DNA from: Eledone cirrhosa | Lineage: Eukaryota | Direction of reading: 5' to 3' | Length of the DNA: 64,000 nucleotides | Assembly: GCA_964016885.1 (NCBI GenBank) | Contig: OZ024740.1 | Coordinates: 224,750,001-224,814,000 of the forward strand | Shown here: positions 26,001 to 40,450 of the stretch, piece by piece | Numbering within the stretch: position 1 is the first letter of the stretch | How the letters are laid out: each line of letters begins with the position of its first letter | Notes under the pieces: model-generated | What the model saw: only the letters and a program-made list of their open reading frames with translations | The model's database searches: none | Told to the model about the DNA's origin: nothing | Translations under genes and position numbers: made by a program

Positions 26001-26660
26001 TAATGGCAGCCAGTGTGCCTCGAGGATTGTGATATCTCTATTCAGATTCCTTTTTGATAAATAAACTTGCACCACCCACAGAAACCTATCTTTCAGTCTA
26101 AGCTTGAAGAGGCAAATCTTCCCTCCTAATAGATCCAGTCGATATCACATTTTATAGCCAAGAGCTTTTGAGTACTCCCACTCTTGCCTGTGCATTCATT
26201 TTTGATGCGACACTTGAATAGTGGAGTGTCCACCCTCCATCCAAATCTGCAGTTCCACAGTAATGGAGCTTTATTGAGGAAACCCTGACTATATCTAGCT
26301 GGTAACATCTAGCCTCCTCCACTAGTTCCTGCTCCTTACATATAAGAGTTTTAATGTTCCAGGAGACAATTGTCAAGGTTTGCTCCCTTCCAAACCCTTT
26401 TTGGAGTCTCAGGATAGCAGAGCTATTCTGATAGAGAATAGGTCACGTGTGATGTATAGTGATACGGCCACCAGATATGATGGCTAGTTGTGATATAAGC
26501 AGGCAAATGCCAGATGACTAAGCAACCCCAGACCAACAGCAGTAAACTGCTAGGGAAGATGGAGCAATGGGTGACACATGTAGCTCCCAAGAAAAAACTC
26601 TCACAACCCAGTAATGTAGCGATTAAAGGCCACTTTTAAAAAATCCTAGTTTTCCCAGGT
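23100..26660 (-). mobile_element. Near-full-length decayed Rex3/Expander-like RTE LINE (APE endonuclease plus RT)
   Basis: ORF 26152-26376 SWNIKTLICKEQELVEEARCYQLDIV..GWTLHYS (APE N-terminus); 23990-24286 DEQCGFSPGCSKTDQIFTL; QGCVLSPLLF and LADDMV in 23820-23960. Confidence 0.85.
25531..26020 (-). mobile_element. RTE 3' fragment of another family, nested in the Rex3-like element
   Basis: Minus translation KGGIYNTLARSVLVYASETWA..NDRAMIRWVCGV..GRPKGL, with a (GAT)n tail at 25531-25555. Interrupts the host APE domain. Confidence 0.75.
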
Positions 26661-28599
26661 TCAAGAAAGTACCAGATTGGTGACTGGCATGAATAAAACC
26701 ACCAAAACTGCAACGTGGTGAGTGGTTTGAAAAAAAATCATATCACATTGCCATTCATGCATATAAGGGACATATTCAGGCATTAAGTAGATGAGCCTGT
26801 TCAAAAAACATTTGGCAGTTTCTATTTCATGCCAAAAATACGGTGATGGGCCTGTGACCTGTCCTGGGTGGCATATGATGGATGTACAAATATTGCATAC
26901 AGACTGGTGACCAATCTAATATGGAGTCATCTATCTCTGGATAAGCTGCAACCTAATTATCATATTTCAATGCATCAACAAATATAGTTTTAATTGTCTC
27001 CTTGAATATCATAGACAAATAAACTTTTGCTAAAATACTCTGGGTTATTATCTCCCATGCCTTTCATTTCTAATATATATTTCTTCCTAAAACAGTCCTT
27101 GTGAACTAATTCCTACTCTTCACAAGCATCTCCTTTCTATTGAAGTTAGTTATTGATTATTGATCAGCATTTAATGAAATATAAAAGAGATATATTTCTT
27201 ATAAATATATTATATTGTGATATATTTTTAATTATTCATTACATGAAATCTAATATTTCATTTGTTGCACCACTTAGTTTTCACTCACTCAAACCATTTA
27301 GTGTTATTCAATTAAAAATGATTTTAATTCTGAAAAAGATTAATTTAGTTTTGAATCAATATTATAAAATTTAAATGAATAGAAAACTCATTATTTTTCT
27401 TTCCAAGTGAAGCATTATTAAATTTTAATGATTTCTTTTTCAACTTGAACATTAAGGTAATAAATATAAATAAATAATAATAAGCAATAAAACATAAATA
27501 TGCAAACTATGTTTACCAGCTTCAGAAAGAAAATTGTTTTGGTAAATAATTGCCTCTGTTATTAATCTAAAATAGTAACTTCAATTGACCAGGTACAAAG
27601 CAAAAGGTTTGTAGGTGAGAATAGAAAAATATAGTTCTACTTGTGTTTATTTGATTGTAAACTGTAATGTAAATGCCTCTGAAGTACTCGAAAAGCTTGT
27701 TTTATAATGCAAAATAATATGAAATGATGAAGACAAATTTATTTTTCAACAACATTCTTATAGTGTCTAATTACAACAGCTTGGTCAACTAAGTTACTTA
27801 CTATTATATGTACTGATGAGTGGAGCATTATTACCAATGGCATCAGTCTTTCCAGTTCTGGAGGGTCATCAAAGGCCATGAGTACTGTTCCATCCTCTTG
27901 ATCTAACAAGTTAAAAATTACTCAATGAAAACACTGCCTTGTACTTGAGTTCAATGTTTTTGCAGTTGATTGTCCAATAATTCTCTTGGTCATGTCACAT
28001 TTAGTTATTTTAATTACCCACAAAAGAGATGAAATGTATACCATGTTAAGTACATGAGTATATTAAATTAGTAATAGGTTGAATGTACCTAATACGTACA
28101 TATATGATCATCCAACAAAAGCCCCTCAACTGATTGTTGTAAATTTGTCCACAAATACACTCCAAATTTTAGCCCACAGATGTGCTATTATCTTCTTCTG
28201 ACTTTTTGAACCTCTAGCCTTTAGAATTTGCTGAACCCATACCACCTTCACGCAGGTACTCCCAACCCACTCATTTCTCTTCATTTCATCACCCATATGG
28301 CAATCTCTTCAAGCTTGTCACTAACATTAAAAGTCAACCTTGTAGCATTCCTTACCAGGATATATTTTTCCTGCAGCTATTAACTTACAACTATTAAAAG
28401 AATAACATTAATGGCATCGATTCTTTGCAAAGGTTATGAGCATAGCCCTTCCCTCTAGACCAAACTAATAAAAAAAGTCATGTCTCTTGCCCTCCACAAA
28501 CGTACAATAACTCACACAAATGGATGTCTTCCTGTTTTCTTCTTTCTCTTCTATATTATATATGAATGTATGTGTATCTATGTATTGTTTGCATGTATG

Positions 28600-30300
28600 T
28601 GACCAGCCAAGCTCATGAATGTTATCCAAACATCTTGCTCGGAGTTTACAACTGAGTCTTCCGCCTGTTGGTTTTGCTCATAAAATCTGTCCAGCAATTC
28701 TTTGCTGAGACATTCTAACAAGATGCCAATAGTATTGGAACTGTTATTTCTCAATTCAGGGAAGTAGCGGCTCTACATGGAGTGGATCTCTGATCTCTGA
28801 GCTATGCATTCTATTGTGTAATGTTACTCCAAAGACCCTTTGGAGGAATCCCATTTCAGCCACTTGTATTTGCGATTGTAGTCTTTCAGTCATTACACAA
28901 GATTCCTGACCATAGGTAAGGGTTGGCACGAATAGAGATAGCAAGTTTGGCTTTTATGCCTACCTCTCCCTCTTTCTTCTGATTACTGAATGCTGAAGCT
29001 GGCGCATTACTGCAGCAGCTCTTGCAATTCTTGCCTACCATCACTTGTAAACACATCCCTGAGATACTTGATCTTCTCTACCTGCTTCAGTGGAACTCCA
29101 TTCACATGTAGAATGCACTCTGTAGGCTTCATTGAGAGGACAGGTGCCTCAATTTTTGCAGCACTGATTTTCATTTCAGCCATGCTGCACTCAGCATTAA
29201 ACCTATCAAGTTCAAGTTGAAGGTCCTCTTCTGTCGAGTTAAGTAGCACCATGTCGCCTGAAAATTCCAACCAACTGATTTTACATCCACCAGTCATGAT
29301 ACCACTTCCAACTCAGCTGCACATGTCAATCCTGTTCATGTAAATAATGTACAGGAGAGGTGACAATATATGCCCTTGGTGGAGTCTGACTTTCACATTG
29401 AATTGTTTTGATATAAAATACTCAGACATCGTATAGAGTCATCAGGGAAGCAAGAAGCTGACTATCAATCCCATACTTCTGTATAGCCTTTCACAGAAGG
29501 TCCTGAGGAATGTAGTCATATGTAGAATATACCTTCTGGCAATACTCCCATGATTTCTTGAATACCTCCAACAGTGTGAATATTTGGTTAACTGTGCTGC
29601 ATCCACAGTGAAAACCTCACTGTTCATCAGCTAGCTTAACAGGGAAATCCCTCTGTAATTGGAACAATCTCTCTTACTTGCCTTTTTGAAAATTGGATTA
29701 TCACTCCCAATTGCCATTGCAAAGATCCAGGCCACCCAGAAAACACATGAATCAGCCAGAGAATAACTTTTCTATTTAAGGTTTTTGCCATCTCAGGCCG
29801 GATTTCATCTTACCCTGTTGCTTTACCAGATTTGGTCTCTTTAACTGTTCTGTCTGCCGGAACACTTTATTTGGTGATCTGGAGTTGGATTCCATCTTAT
29901 CCCCAAAGTCCTCCCATGTCATAAAATTGGATGTTTTTACTGTCTCTGCTGTGATGTTTCATGCTTGCTTGTACTGCCAGTGCAATAACTTATTTCCAAG
30001 CCAAGCTTTGTAAGCTTCCTTTTTCTGCAGATGTCAACTTTGACCTCTTCATTGAACCAAGGGGTCATCCTGCCATCCAGCGCCACAAAAGCCTCTTTTG
30101 CTTGCATCTTTTAACAGCTGAAGCAGAAATTACTGTGTTGAACAATCTCCACTCTGTCTCAACATCCTCAGTTTGCAGAGGGAGTGCTCTGAATTTGGAT
30201 ACAATAGTATCTGCATATCTGGTTCTGACTTCCTTATCCACCAATGCTTATTACTTTACCTGCTAGTTTTGTGGGCCTCTTTGGCTTTAGGTAGTCTCCA
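28600..30300 (-). mobile_element. Second, internally deleted copy of the Rex3-like RTE
   Basis: Colinear similarity with 23180-25170. ORFs 29007-29297 (KIKYL) and 28756-28944 (PTLTYGQESCVMTERLQSQIQVAEMGFL). Confidence 0.85.
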
Positions 30301-30507
30301 TTATATATATATAATTAATGAGGCAGTTATTAATTTTATTAAGATTTATTGTTTAATATATTCAGCGAATTTGTTAACCAAAGAACAGAATATTAAAAAA
30401 GAAAGGAATGATGAAATGTTTTTCACAAAGATAATTTGATATTTTTAGATATTTAACATAACTTATATCCAGCATGAATGTATACCTGTTACATGCAAGA
30501 CATTATA

Positions 30508-30608
30508 TCGAGGTTAACTTTGCCTTTCATCCTTATGGTGTCGATAAAATAAAGCACCAGTAATGCACTGGGTAATTGCTGGCCTTGTGCCAAAAGTAGA
30601 AACGATTA
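30508..30608 (+). mobile_element. 5'-truncated Nin/Deu-type SINE
   Basis: CGAGGTTAACTTTGCCTTTCATCCTTATGGTGTCGATAAAATAAAGCACCAG..GGCCTTGTGCC. Confidence 0.8.
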
Positions 30609-31379
30609 TATATAGATACGGTGTTTTTAAGAAAGCTAGGTATAGAGAAATGTAAATATCAGTGGTTGTGAGTCTTGATTTCAACTGAGCAACCATACAT
30701 TTCCACAGGAGTAACCATACATTTGTCTTATTGCATATATTTCTTCATTTTAATAATAGGCTATGGAGGTGGGGGCTCTATTTTGAAATTCATTCTAACA
30801 AAACTTTATTCGGTGCAAATTTGACATGGAACAGTTATTAATCATGTGATTTTTTTTCCAAGGGATAAAAATCTATTGATCAAGTGATATGACTTCATTC
30901 TTTGGTTATATATAAAGAAATCTTTAAGACCAGGCATCCATTTTTATATGTCTCCTACCAGTCAATGAAGAACACAGTATTCTTTTTTTGTGAGCTCATT
31001 TGAATCTCATTTTCCTTTCGAAGAAGCAGAGGCATGTGTATGTCATGTTTCTCCCTAGCACTTCTTTAGTAAAATCATGGACATGATAGAACAATCTATT
31101 TTGACTCCCATGCATGTTTCTTTTATTGGAGTTTAACCATGTCCAAAACCTCCCACTGGCTCATAGTGCTGTCGACACTTTATTGCTGTCATTGCTGCTG
31201 CCTTCACAACTAAAATATTAATTTAAAAAAAATCATTTTTTCATAAAGTCCAAATTAAATAACAATCTTTCAAAGTGAATGTATTTGAATACATACTATT
31301 ACTATAACAACACACACACTAATAGTAGGAATAATTAAATGTAGGTCATTGTGTTTCATAGTAGCAGAACCATGTTTGG

Positions 31380-32320
31380 CTGGGTTGGTATACAAAATGT
31401 TAAAATGTGTGATAATGTTCAGAATTACTGAATGAAATGAAAGATTGTTAGTTTGAGAGGAAGTGAGCCTTAAAGCTAGTGAAAGAGGAAAAACTAAACA
31501 TTGGATGCAAGGGGGAAACTAAGTATGCAGTGCTCAACAAATAACTACACAAACAATTTCACAGTGTGACAACTGAAGTAGCAGGGTAAGGAAGATAGGA
31601 TTAGTTTAAAAAATGGTGCACTGAAAAAAGAAACAGTATTATTCTTGTAGCTCAAACAAGTATTTCTTTTATGCAGAATTTGCAATGAGTGCGATAAAAC
31701 AATATCACATATCTTTTGTGAATGTTCTAAACTGGCACAAAAGCAATACAGGCTATGGTGGTGTGTTGAGGATGCAAAGATAATGCATTTGAAGTCCTGT
31801 GAAAAATGGGAATTTGAAAGAGTAGGGACACAGTATGATCATAAACTACAAAGTCTCATTAAAATACACCACACTAAATCAGATGTAAAAGATCATACCT
31901 ACCACAAACACAAAGAGAAAGGGGCCTTATAAAACTAGAAAAAAAACTATTATAATATAATCACTATATCATTGCAACATTATCTAATAAAGAATAATAG
32001 AAAATTAATACAAATCGCCTTGAAAGATAAATAAAACGAAAAATTGTTTCCTATATTGAACGAAGACAACAGACGGAGCCAATCCTTATAATAAAAAGTG
32101 CTTTAGGAATTATAAACGAAATGAACAGGCATATATATAAACCCAAACCACAATACTTACAGAAAATAGCACTACTAGGCACTGCATACAAAAATGAAGT
32201 GTACTCTCAACACATTAGAATTAGCATCACTAAAAGCAGCACTGAACTATGCAAGGCACACACAGCTGTGCTTGGTAATGCTGTGATGATATAAAAAATA
32301 AGACTATTAATGATAATAAT
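31380..32320 (+). mobile_element. Very decayed R4/Dong-like element remnant
   Basis: LKKET..VAQ relic near 31620 and LQKIALLGTA C-terminal motif near 32155-32190. Ends in (TAA)-rich sequence. Confidence 0.5.
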
Positions 32321-32992
32321 TCCTAACATGTGTAAAAGGCCAACAAATTTGGGATGTTTGGTGAACAGCTGATTCTAAATAACTCACTGCTTAACTGATA
32401 TTGTTTTTATTGGGCCCAACGAAAATGAAAAATAAGATAAACTCAACCATAGCAGGATTTGATCTTAGGATATAAAGTGCAAGAATAAATACAACCTTAC
32501 AATTGTACCAATACACCAAATATTACTCATAAAGAAGTGAAAAAAAAATAGTTAATATATTTTGTGAACTTTCCTCAAACAAATTCCTTTTGTAATACTA
32601 AATCCGATGAGCACAGCAACATATATATGTATATAGGTTGCTGTGTACCTCGGATTTGGTGTTTTTTTACAATTGTTATATATATATAGGAAGATATTTT
32701 TCTGGGTACCTGAATAGGAGAGTATTTGGAAAATGGACATTTTGTCAATGATATACTATATTTACGTGAGACACTGATAAATTGCTTGTAACTGAGATAA
32801 TGACATAATACATACATTAAGAGATGGGGCATGCTAATCTCTATACATATCAGTGTTGTTAAGTTGACAAGCATGTACTTCATTTTATGTATATTATTTA
32901 TTCACTTCTCTCACATGAAGAATTTGTCATTGCAAGGAAGCTGGAATGTTTTGTATTAAGAAATATATATTCATGCATACTTACATATATGT

Positions 32993-32993
<1 letters not shown>

Positions 32994-33054
<61 letters not shown>

Positions 33055-33074
33055 GCACACGCACACACACACAC

Positions 33075-33119
<45 letters not shown>

Positions 33120-33258
33120 CATATATATGTATATATATATGCATAAAAAATAAGAAAATTCCTAACTTACAGGTATATATCTTTCTACCAAAAAAATATG
33201 CTGCAATTGTCATTTTTGTAAAATATTGTCAAAGCCAGAAATGTATTATGATAACGTC

Positions 33259-33328
<70 letters not shown>

Positions 33329-33380
33329 CTACTACTACTACTAATAATAATAATAACAATAATAAATATAATAATAATAA
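32994..33380. repeat. (CA)n tract, then (AGT)n-(ACT)n-(AAT)n microsatellites
   Basis: Direct reading: 32994-33140 and 33262-33380. Confidence 0.95.
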
Positions 33381-34065
33381 TAAGGCATTCCATTATAGAT
33401 GTAGACATTTTTATTGGGGTTAACATGTTGTCTAGTTTTACTAATTCAATGATGCAATTTCATTGGAAAATAGCAATTTGTAAGTGTTCCTCCAAGATAA
33501 TTCAGCAGCATGCATGCTATATGTCAGATGCAGGAAATTATTAATTTTTTGTGTCAATATTGTCAAAGGAGAAGAATAAAATCTATCACTACCCTGCAGG
33601 ATGTATTCAGAAAGGAATCACTGAGAATTCTTTTCTTCCTATGCTATAAATTATCTGTGACCTCAACCTCTGTCCTTCTGTATCTGTTAGTTTCTCTCAT
33701 TTTCATTTACAGACAATAGAATCATCCTTTTCCCAAATTGATAAAAAGGGAATTGTTCTTTTTCTGCTAACTTACTGCAAGTCATTTCATATAAATGTTT
33801 TCATATCTGGAGATGCTTCACTCCATTCTTTGCCATTCTAATGATGAATACTCCAAGTTCCATTAGCACCAAATGTCATATCATACAAAACTATAACATA
33901 CATGACTTCCACTGCAAGGCTATGTTATAGAAGTCTATTGTTGACCATTTCTGATGAGTTAGTATTTCAAGCAGTCAGCTTAAATGTTCAATTTCATGGA
34001 TTGTTTTGATTTTATTGTAATTACTATAACTGTTGCTAAAGATGTTTGCATTTCTTCCAATTTAA

Positions 34066-34295
34066 CCCTTTTCATACCAACCTGACAAAAACAGCTTCTG
34101 GTTTTATGAAACAAACCACACATTTTAGAGGGTTTCTACTTGAATTAAAACATTACGTTTTTTGTTAATTTTTGTTAATTTATATTACAAATACCATCTT
34201 AAATATGAAAGAATTGATATATTTTAGGAAATCCCTCAAAATGTATTATTTAATAATTAAAATACACTGTATTTCATTAGAAACTTGATACAGAG
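34066..34295 (-). mobile_element. TTAA-type (piggyBac-like) MITE remnant
   Basis: TTAA|CCCTTTTCATACC end. Body is the reverse complement of 12640-12860 and 58920-59358. Confidence 0.5.
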
Positions 34296-37009
34296 TTTAT
34301 GTTTAGAAATTTATATATTATTAAATTTAAGATAAAATATCTGAAAATGTCTCACATTCTCTCTCCATGCTTCTTGTTTTCCTTTCTTGTTATTGACTAA
34401 CTCAGTTTTCCAATGCGTTTTTAAAATATATTAAAAATCTGTTAGTGTTTTCGATTATTCGACAATCAAAATTGTCATTTCAAGTTTTCACCAGACTATA
34501 GATTGGAAGACCGATATCCACTGAATTTGCATTTAAAAACATTGGTTTGGAAAGTGGCTTCTGTTGTTATATCATTTTAATGTTTAGTAATAATATATAA
34601 CTGATCAGACTTTTACTACTGCTCACTACTTTTATTCATTATCATTACTCATAAAATTCCTATAACATTTTATTAGCACTCAATAACCATAAGAGTTGAA
34701 TATATTTGTGCATAATTTTCTTGTCTACTACATTTCATTATTTTTCAAATACCACATCTATTAAATTGGATCTTACTTCTCTCACAATATTTCTTGGCAT
34801 ATTTCTGCTTTTGCTACATATCATCTAGAAACTCATGAGACATTATTTATTTACGACCTATAAGAGAAAATCAGATTTCATTTTAAAGAATTTATAGTCA
34901 GATTTTGCTCTATAAAAATCGCAAAACCTGTTACTGAAGATGTCATTAATGATTGATGAGAAAAAAGGTAAATAGAAAGTATATTAACTTAAATATTTTT
35001 ACATGCACAATGTGCCATTTTCTGTATACATTAGTTGGAGAACGAAGGTTGTTTCTATGACCTTGGAAAACTTTCTCTGGCTAGTGAGATCAATATGTTT
35101 GATGTTAGTAAAAGTTATCAATTGTAGTTAGAAAGTGAATCCTAAGAAGGTTTTTCTGTGGGAAGATAGGATTGGTCAGGGAATGTAGGAACTTGAGAGG
35201 TAACATTCTATGAGTGCAGTAAATGTGTGTTGGTTGAGATAGTTCTATTAGATAGACCTTGGAGAAGAAGTATGTAAGTAGTAGCTACCAGGAATTATCA
35301 CTTATGTATTACAGTAAGAGAGGCAGAGAGAAAGAAAAGAACATATAGCTTGTGAACAAATGGTTTTAGTATGTTAGTTAGTGAATCTTGGGTAATTAAT
35401 CAATGGTATTATTTTGGATATAGTCTAGAGTGTTGTTATTATTTTCCGCTAGTGAGGATATCATCATCATCCGGTGGCCACAACCAAAATTCACTCAATA
35501 ACTGATCCCCACGTGGGTCTGTTGTTCATTGCCACTGCCAAATCTTGGATTTCAATACCAGAATCTCTGGAGATGACATCGGGATAGGAGAGATTTTGCC
35601 TCTTGTTATTAGTGACTGCTTGTGGTTACCAAAGCACTAACGGGGACACAGCAAATCTTACTCTCCTTTTATGTACAACGACAGTGAAGATATAATTCCC
35701 CAGGACAATGATAAAAAATGCTCTGCTATTAGTAAGTTGGGTTATTTTTTTAGGTCTGCATTATCCAATGTGTCCTTATTTCTGGAAGATAGAATAATCT
35801 GATTCGAGGGAGATTTGTTAGTTATTTCCAGGTTATTGATTCACAAAATAGATGTTATTTATTGATGTAAGACATTTGTATTTAAAGCAGTATTTCTGTC
35901 CCATATATATAAATTCTACTTTAATTATCATTCAGACTTGACTTTATATCAATGATGAAAGGTGAAATAGAGGCTCTGTAAAGGAAACCAAGTTTCACGA
36001 ATAAAGTTATAACTGAGGTCCCAATGAGAGATTATCTGAGAAAAGTGACTCAAAAAGAAGTTTTGCAAAGTGAATCTAAACTGCTTTTGCCCTACCTAAC
36101 CCCCAAGGAACAGGAAATCTTGGTTTACTTGACCCCAGACTGATGTATCAGTTGAAGCTCCATTCTATTATAGGATGTACTAGTGGATGTAAATCCCAGC
36201 AATTTGTCACAATTTTAAAATCTTGGAGTGTTGTTTGCATAGGTTGGGAGGACTCATATTCACAAGCCTATTTTATCAAAACCTTTTTCAGAATAATGTA
36301 TCCATTAAAAGTATAGACGATAATATAAATAACATTAAAAACATTAGTCATTAATTTAGGAATATATTCAGAATACAAAAATAAATGTTTATTCTGATTA
36401 ATTTTAATTGATACCAACTTTAATTGATACGAACTTTCCAAATTCTGATATTGGTTTTATTTACCACCAAGAGCTTAAATAATTTCTGATTGTTCATTGT
36501 AAATAATGGTTATAGTCTACAAATATGTATCCAAATATCTTCTTTAACCTCTATCTTTTCGCAAACCTATGTATTTGTTCTGAGTTTCTGCACCCTGAGT
36601 TCATAACCAGCTAAAGCAAATTTTACTTTTCATCATCATCATATTTTTATGTCTGTTATTCCACACTGGCTTGGGTTGGATGACACTCTGAGGCAGAATT
36701 GAACAGATGGATGCCCTTCCTGATGTAAAAAGTCACACCTATGTAAGCCATAGGACTTCATATATCAAATATAAAGGCCATAAAAACCTGCCAAACAAAG
36801 GAGAGTATTCATCAGTTGTGTCAAAAAATTACAACTTATGTCAGTAGTGTGCAGAAATAGATGAGAGGTCAGTAGCTACAATTAAGTACTGATTTGGTCT
36901 GTGATGACTCATCAAACTCTTACCAGTAGGGGAAAAGGATGTTAACCAATGATAAGCTGTTGGGGTCCCAACTCCTTCATATATATATATATAAGATCTA
37001 AAGTCTGTC

Positions 37010-37230
37010 TTAAGCCAGAAGGCTGATTTGGCCAGTGCTTTCATGGTGTGAATTGACTGAGAGAGCAAGACTCTCCCCTGGACAGGATGCCAGTCCATTG
37101 CAGAGTTAAACCCCAGATTTATTCATTTTAAGCTGAGTATACTGGAGCAATGTGAAATGATGTGTTTTGCTCAAGAACACAACATGCACCCCAGGAATCA
37201 AACCCATGACATTATGATTGTAAGTCCTAC
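37010..37230 (-). mobile_element. tRNA-derived Meta/V-type SINE, body family 2
   Basis: Minus strand TCTTGAGCAAAACAC..GCAATGGACTGGCATCCTGTCCAGGGG. Related copy at 39690-39890 (+). Confidence 0.7.
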
Positions 37231-37240
37231 ATGTTTCCAC

Positions 37241-37727
37241 TATCATCATCATCATCATCATCATCATCATCGTTTAACGTCCATATTCCACGCTTGCATG
37301 GGTTTGGACGGGGGTTTTCCCACTTGAGGCAAGAGTGGTTGTCTTGCTCGCATAGGACTGTCTGGCGGGTTTTCTACGGCTGGATGCCCTTCCTAACACC
37401 AACCACATTTACAGTGTGGAACTGGGAGGTTTTTACCGTGTTGCCTACACAGCCACATTACAGCGTGGACTGTGTGTTTTTTTGTCGTGACACCTACACG
37501 ACCTCATTTGTTTCAGGCTGGATGTTGTGACACCAACATAACTTTACATTGAAGGGGTGGTGTGGATGGGGTGGGGGTAGTGGGACGGGGTGTATTTTGT
37601 AAGAGGTGCCTACTGACTGTAGTAGGTTTCACTTTGTACTTAGGTAAGGCGGGTCTTCTCTATTACTCTGTAGCGCCAAAGCTCTCAGTCCAGTGACATT
37701 GCCTTGGAGAGGTGTAAGTGTGTGAGG
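37241..37727 (-). mobile_element. RTE family B 3' UTR fragment
   Basis: High similarity to 10372-10845, with a (CAT)n tail. Confidence 0.9.
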
Positions 37728-37741
37728 ATATATATACATAT

Positions 37742-38079
37742 ATCATCATCATCAAATCATCATTTTACGTCCGCTTTTCCCTGCTTGCAAGGGTGGGACG
37801 GGAACTGATACTGGCTTGATTTCTACAGCTGGATGCCCTTCCTAACACCAACCTCATTTACAGTGAGTGCTAGGTGCTTTTTTTTACAGTGGCACCTCCA
37901 CGACCACTCTGTAGTGGAATGATAGGGACTGAGGTCCCTATCATCTCATTTCTACATCTGAATAAACTGGAACAATGTGAAATAAAGTCTTTTACTCAAG
38001 GAAACAACACATCACCCGGTCCGAGAATTGAACTCACAACCTTTCGATTGCAAGGCCAATACTCTAACCACTAAGCCAT
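37742..38079 (-). mobile_element. tRNA-derived SINE family 3 (RTE-type 3' tail)
   Basis: Reverse complement of 55749-56085. Confidence 0.9.
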
Positions 38080-38083
38080 TACA

Positions 38084-38157
<74 letters not shown>

Positions 38158-39339
38158 ATAGATGATGGGCTTCCACAATTTTTATGACCGAATATCTCTC
38201 ACATGGCATTAGTCAGCGTTAAGCTACAGATGTGTCATGCACTGCAATTAAAACAAAAAGCCATGTGCTTTCAAAGAATATATTGTATCTATGAGGCCAT
38301 ATCTTCATCTATATAAATGTGCTTTCATTTTGCATGAATGTTTATCATTATGAAAGTTCTAACTTAAATGATCTCTGGTTTTATATTTCTTTCATGGCCT
38401 TTATAGCATTCATATACCAAATATGTTGTGACAATTACGCCCTCTGTTTGTCTCCATACAAAGAGGGTTATCCCTTCATTGATAATATCAAATGACAGTA
38501 AAAATATCTTCCTTTTCAATCATCAAGTGAACTGAAAGTCTTTGCATTCTTCTTTTCAATATTCTTTTAGAATAATATTCTTTCCTTTGGGGATCTACAG
38601 GAAATAAATATGTATGACTGTTCAATGATATGCTTCATGTAGGTGTCAGAAGATTATTGGTGTGGCCTGAAAGTTGCACTCTGACATGAATATATATATA
38701 TATGCTTGGTTGAGCCATAGAGTCTTGAGATGAAGATAAAGTATAATAAATTGAAATGTGTATACTTATAGAAACAGCCAATGCCACATAATGTTTCAAT
38801 GAATTGTGGAAGAAGAATGCTAGTGAGACTAACTCTGAATAAATGATAAGAAATTTTAGGGGATAATCTCCAGAGACTAAGTAATTGATTCCAACACTTA
38901 TGTCAAAAATTGTGAGCTAAGCTAAACTGCTTGAATCATTCAATATTGGAGCAGAATCCAATTAAAACACTTGATAGATATTACAGAAACAGTCTCACTG
39001 GGATCAAAAGGAAGGTGGTCATGAATTGATAAATTTCAGCTATATTGGAACTTCAACAATATCGTGTTGACTTGATAACTCTCTGTCATCTGATTAACTA
39101 AAAATGATATATATATATCCTTGGTAACTTTGGACAGTTATTGAGTGTATTAAATTTTACATGAATGCATTATTAACATTAACAACTTTGTGATATTCGT
39201 AGTTGCAAAAGTTTGAATACATCGACTTAAATCATTTATCAAAAGCCTAAACTGACCACTTAACTATTTCTCATCATCTTTTCAATATTATTGAGCCATG
39301 TTACTGATACTCTTTATTTTCTACTAAGTATAATATATA

Positions 39340-39527
39340 CCATATATACTCGAATATAAGCTGAGGTATATGTGACCAAAAAATCAATGGCAAATTGGGC
39401 AGGGAGGCTGGCTTCTATACTCCATCTAAACAATGTATCGACTAACTGCCTTGGTTTATGGATGGGGTATGGATTTTTGCCGATTTCTCAGACATGAAAT
39501 TGGGGTTGGCATATATTTGAGTAAAGG
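39340..39527. mobile_element. pogo/Tigger-type MITE remnant
   Basis: TA|CCATATATACTCGAATATAAGC left TIR and GGCATATATTTGAGTA right TIR. Same family as 53647-54001. Confidence 0.55.
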
Positions 39528-39689
39528 AAATAATAAGGCCATTAGTGTTTGGTTAAATGCATCTTATTATTTCTTCTTATTTTCTGCATTCAAATTCAAA
39601 TCTGGCTATAGTCAAATTTAGACTCCATCCTTTGGGGACAATAAGTAAAAGTCCAAGGCAATGAATTAGTGGGATCCATAAAGGACTGG

Positions 39690-39890
39690 ATGTGATGTCT
39701 AGTGTATCTAGACACTTTATTTCACATTGATCTAGTTTGTTCAACTACAAAAATTAGTACCAGTTACACTCACTTATGATTAATCTTGCAATGGACTGCC
39801 ATCATATGCAAGGAAAGTCTTGTGCTTTCAGTCACCTATTATCACATGAAAGTGGATTAAGCTCTGGCCTGATAAGCAACTAGACTTGCA
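39690..39890 (+). mobile_element. Decayed SINE family 2
   Basis: AGACACTTTATTTCAC..GCAATGGACTGCCATC. Confidence 0.55.
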
Positions 39891-40139
39891 ATGGATTTAA
39901 CAAGATCCAGATATCGATCGACCTTGATGACATATCATGTGTGGTAACATTCAGAGTGCTCTTCAATGGCTGACAGTACTTTACATTTTATTCATACTCA
40001 TGCAACATAATTTTAGTCTTTTCCTTCTTCTGATCCCACTAATATGAAACACAACTTGAGCCTGTATGATAATAATACTATTCTAATACACAATAAGAAA
40101 CATTTTAGGCCATTCTGTCAGTTAAAGCAAGAGTTTGCT

Positions 40140-40450
40140 AACAAGCATCTCCATTTCCCTCCATCTACCGCATCCTCTTTTCACCAACGTCCTTGCTTTC
40201 ATTTCCTCCACTATTATCTTTAGCTATGTCCTTAGTTTTCTTCCTCTCATTCTATTCCTATTCATTTCTATCATTCCTTTCACACAGCCATTTTCAACCA
40301 TCCTTAACAAATGACTCAGCTATCTCATTCCAATTCTGTTTATAACAAACTTCCCTAGTTCTAATCCTACCATCCTCTATAACACGTGGTTTGTCTTCCT
40401 CTCCCTGATACTCCATTCACCCCTGAACCATTCACATGCCATTCCAATAT
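40140..40450 (-). mobile_element. Decayed RTE 3' end
   Basis: Minus translation relics RGRKLRT..RWREM. Pyrimidine-rich on the plus strand. Confidence 0.4.

Noticed and set aside
27810-34975. Other CTGANGA hits (27813, 33951, 34935; also 6802 and 15540 minus)
   Set aside because: The three stems cannot be formed; expected by chance.
36940-36985. AGCTGTTGGGGTCCCAACT resembling the 1-139 repeat
   Set aside because: Similarity is too short, and there is no GAAA-stem III.
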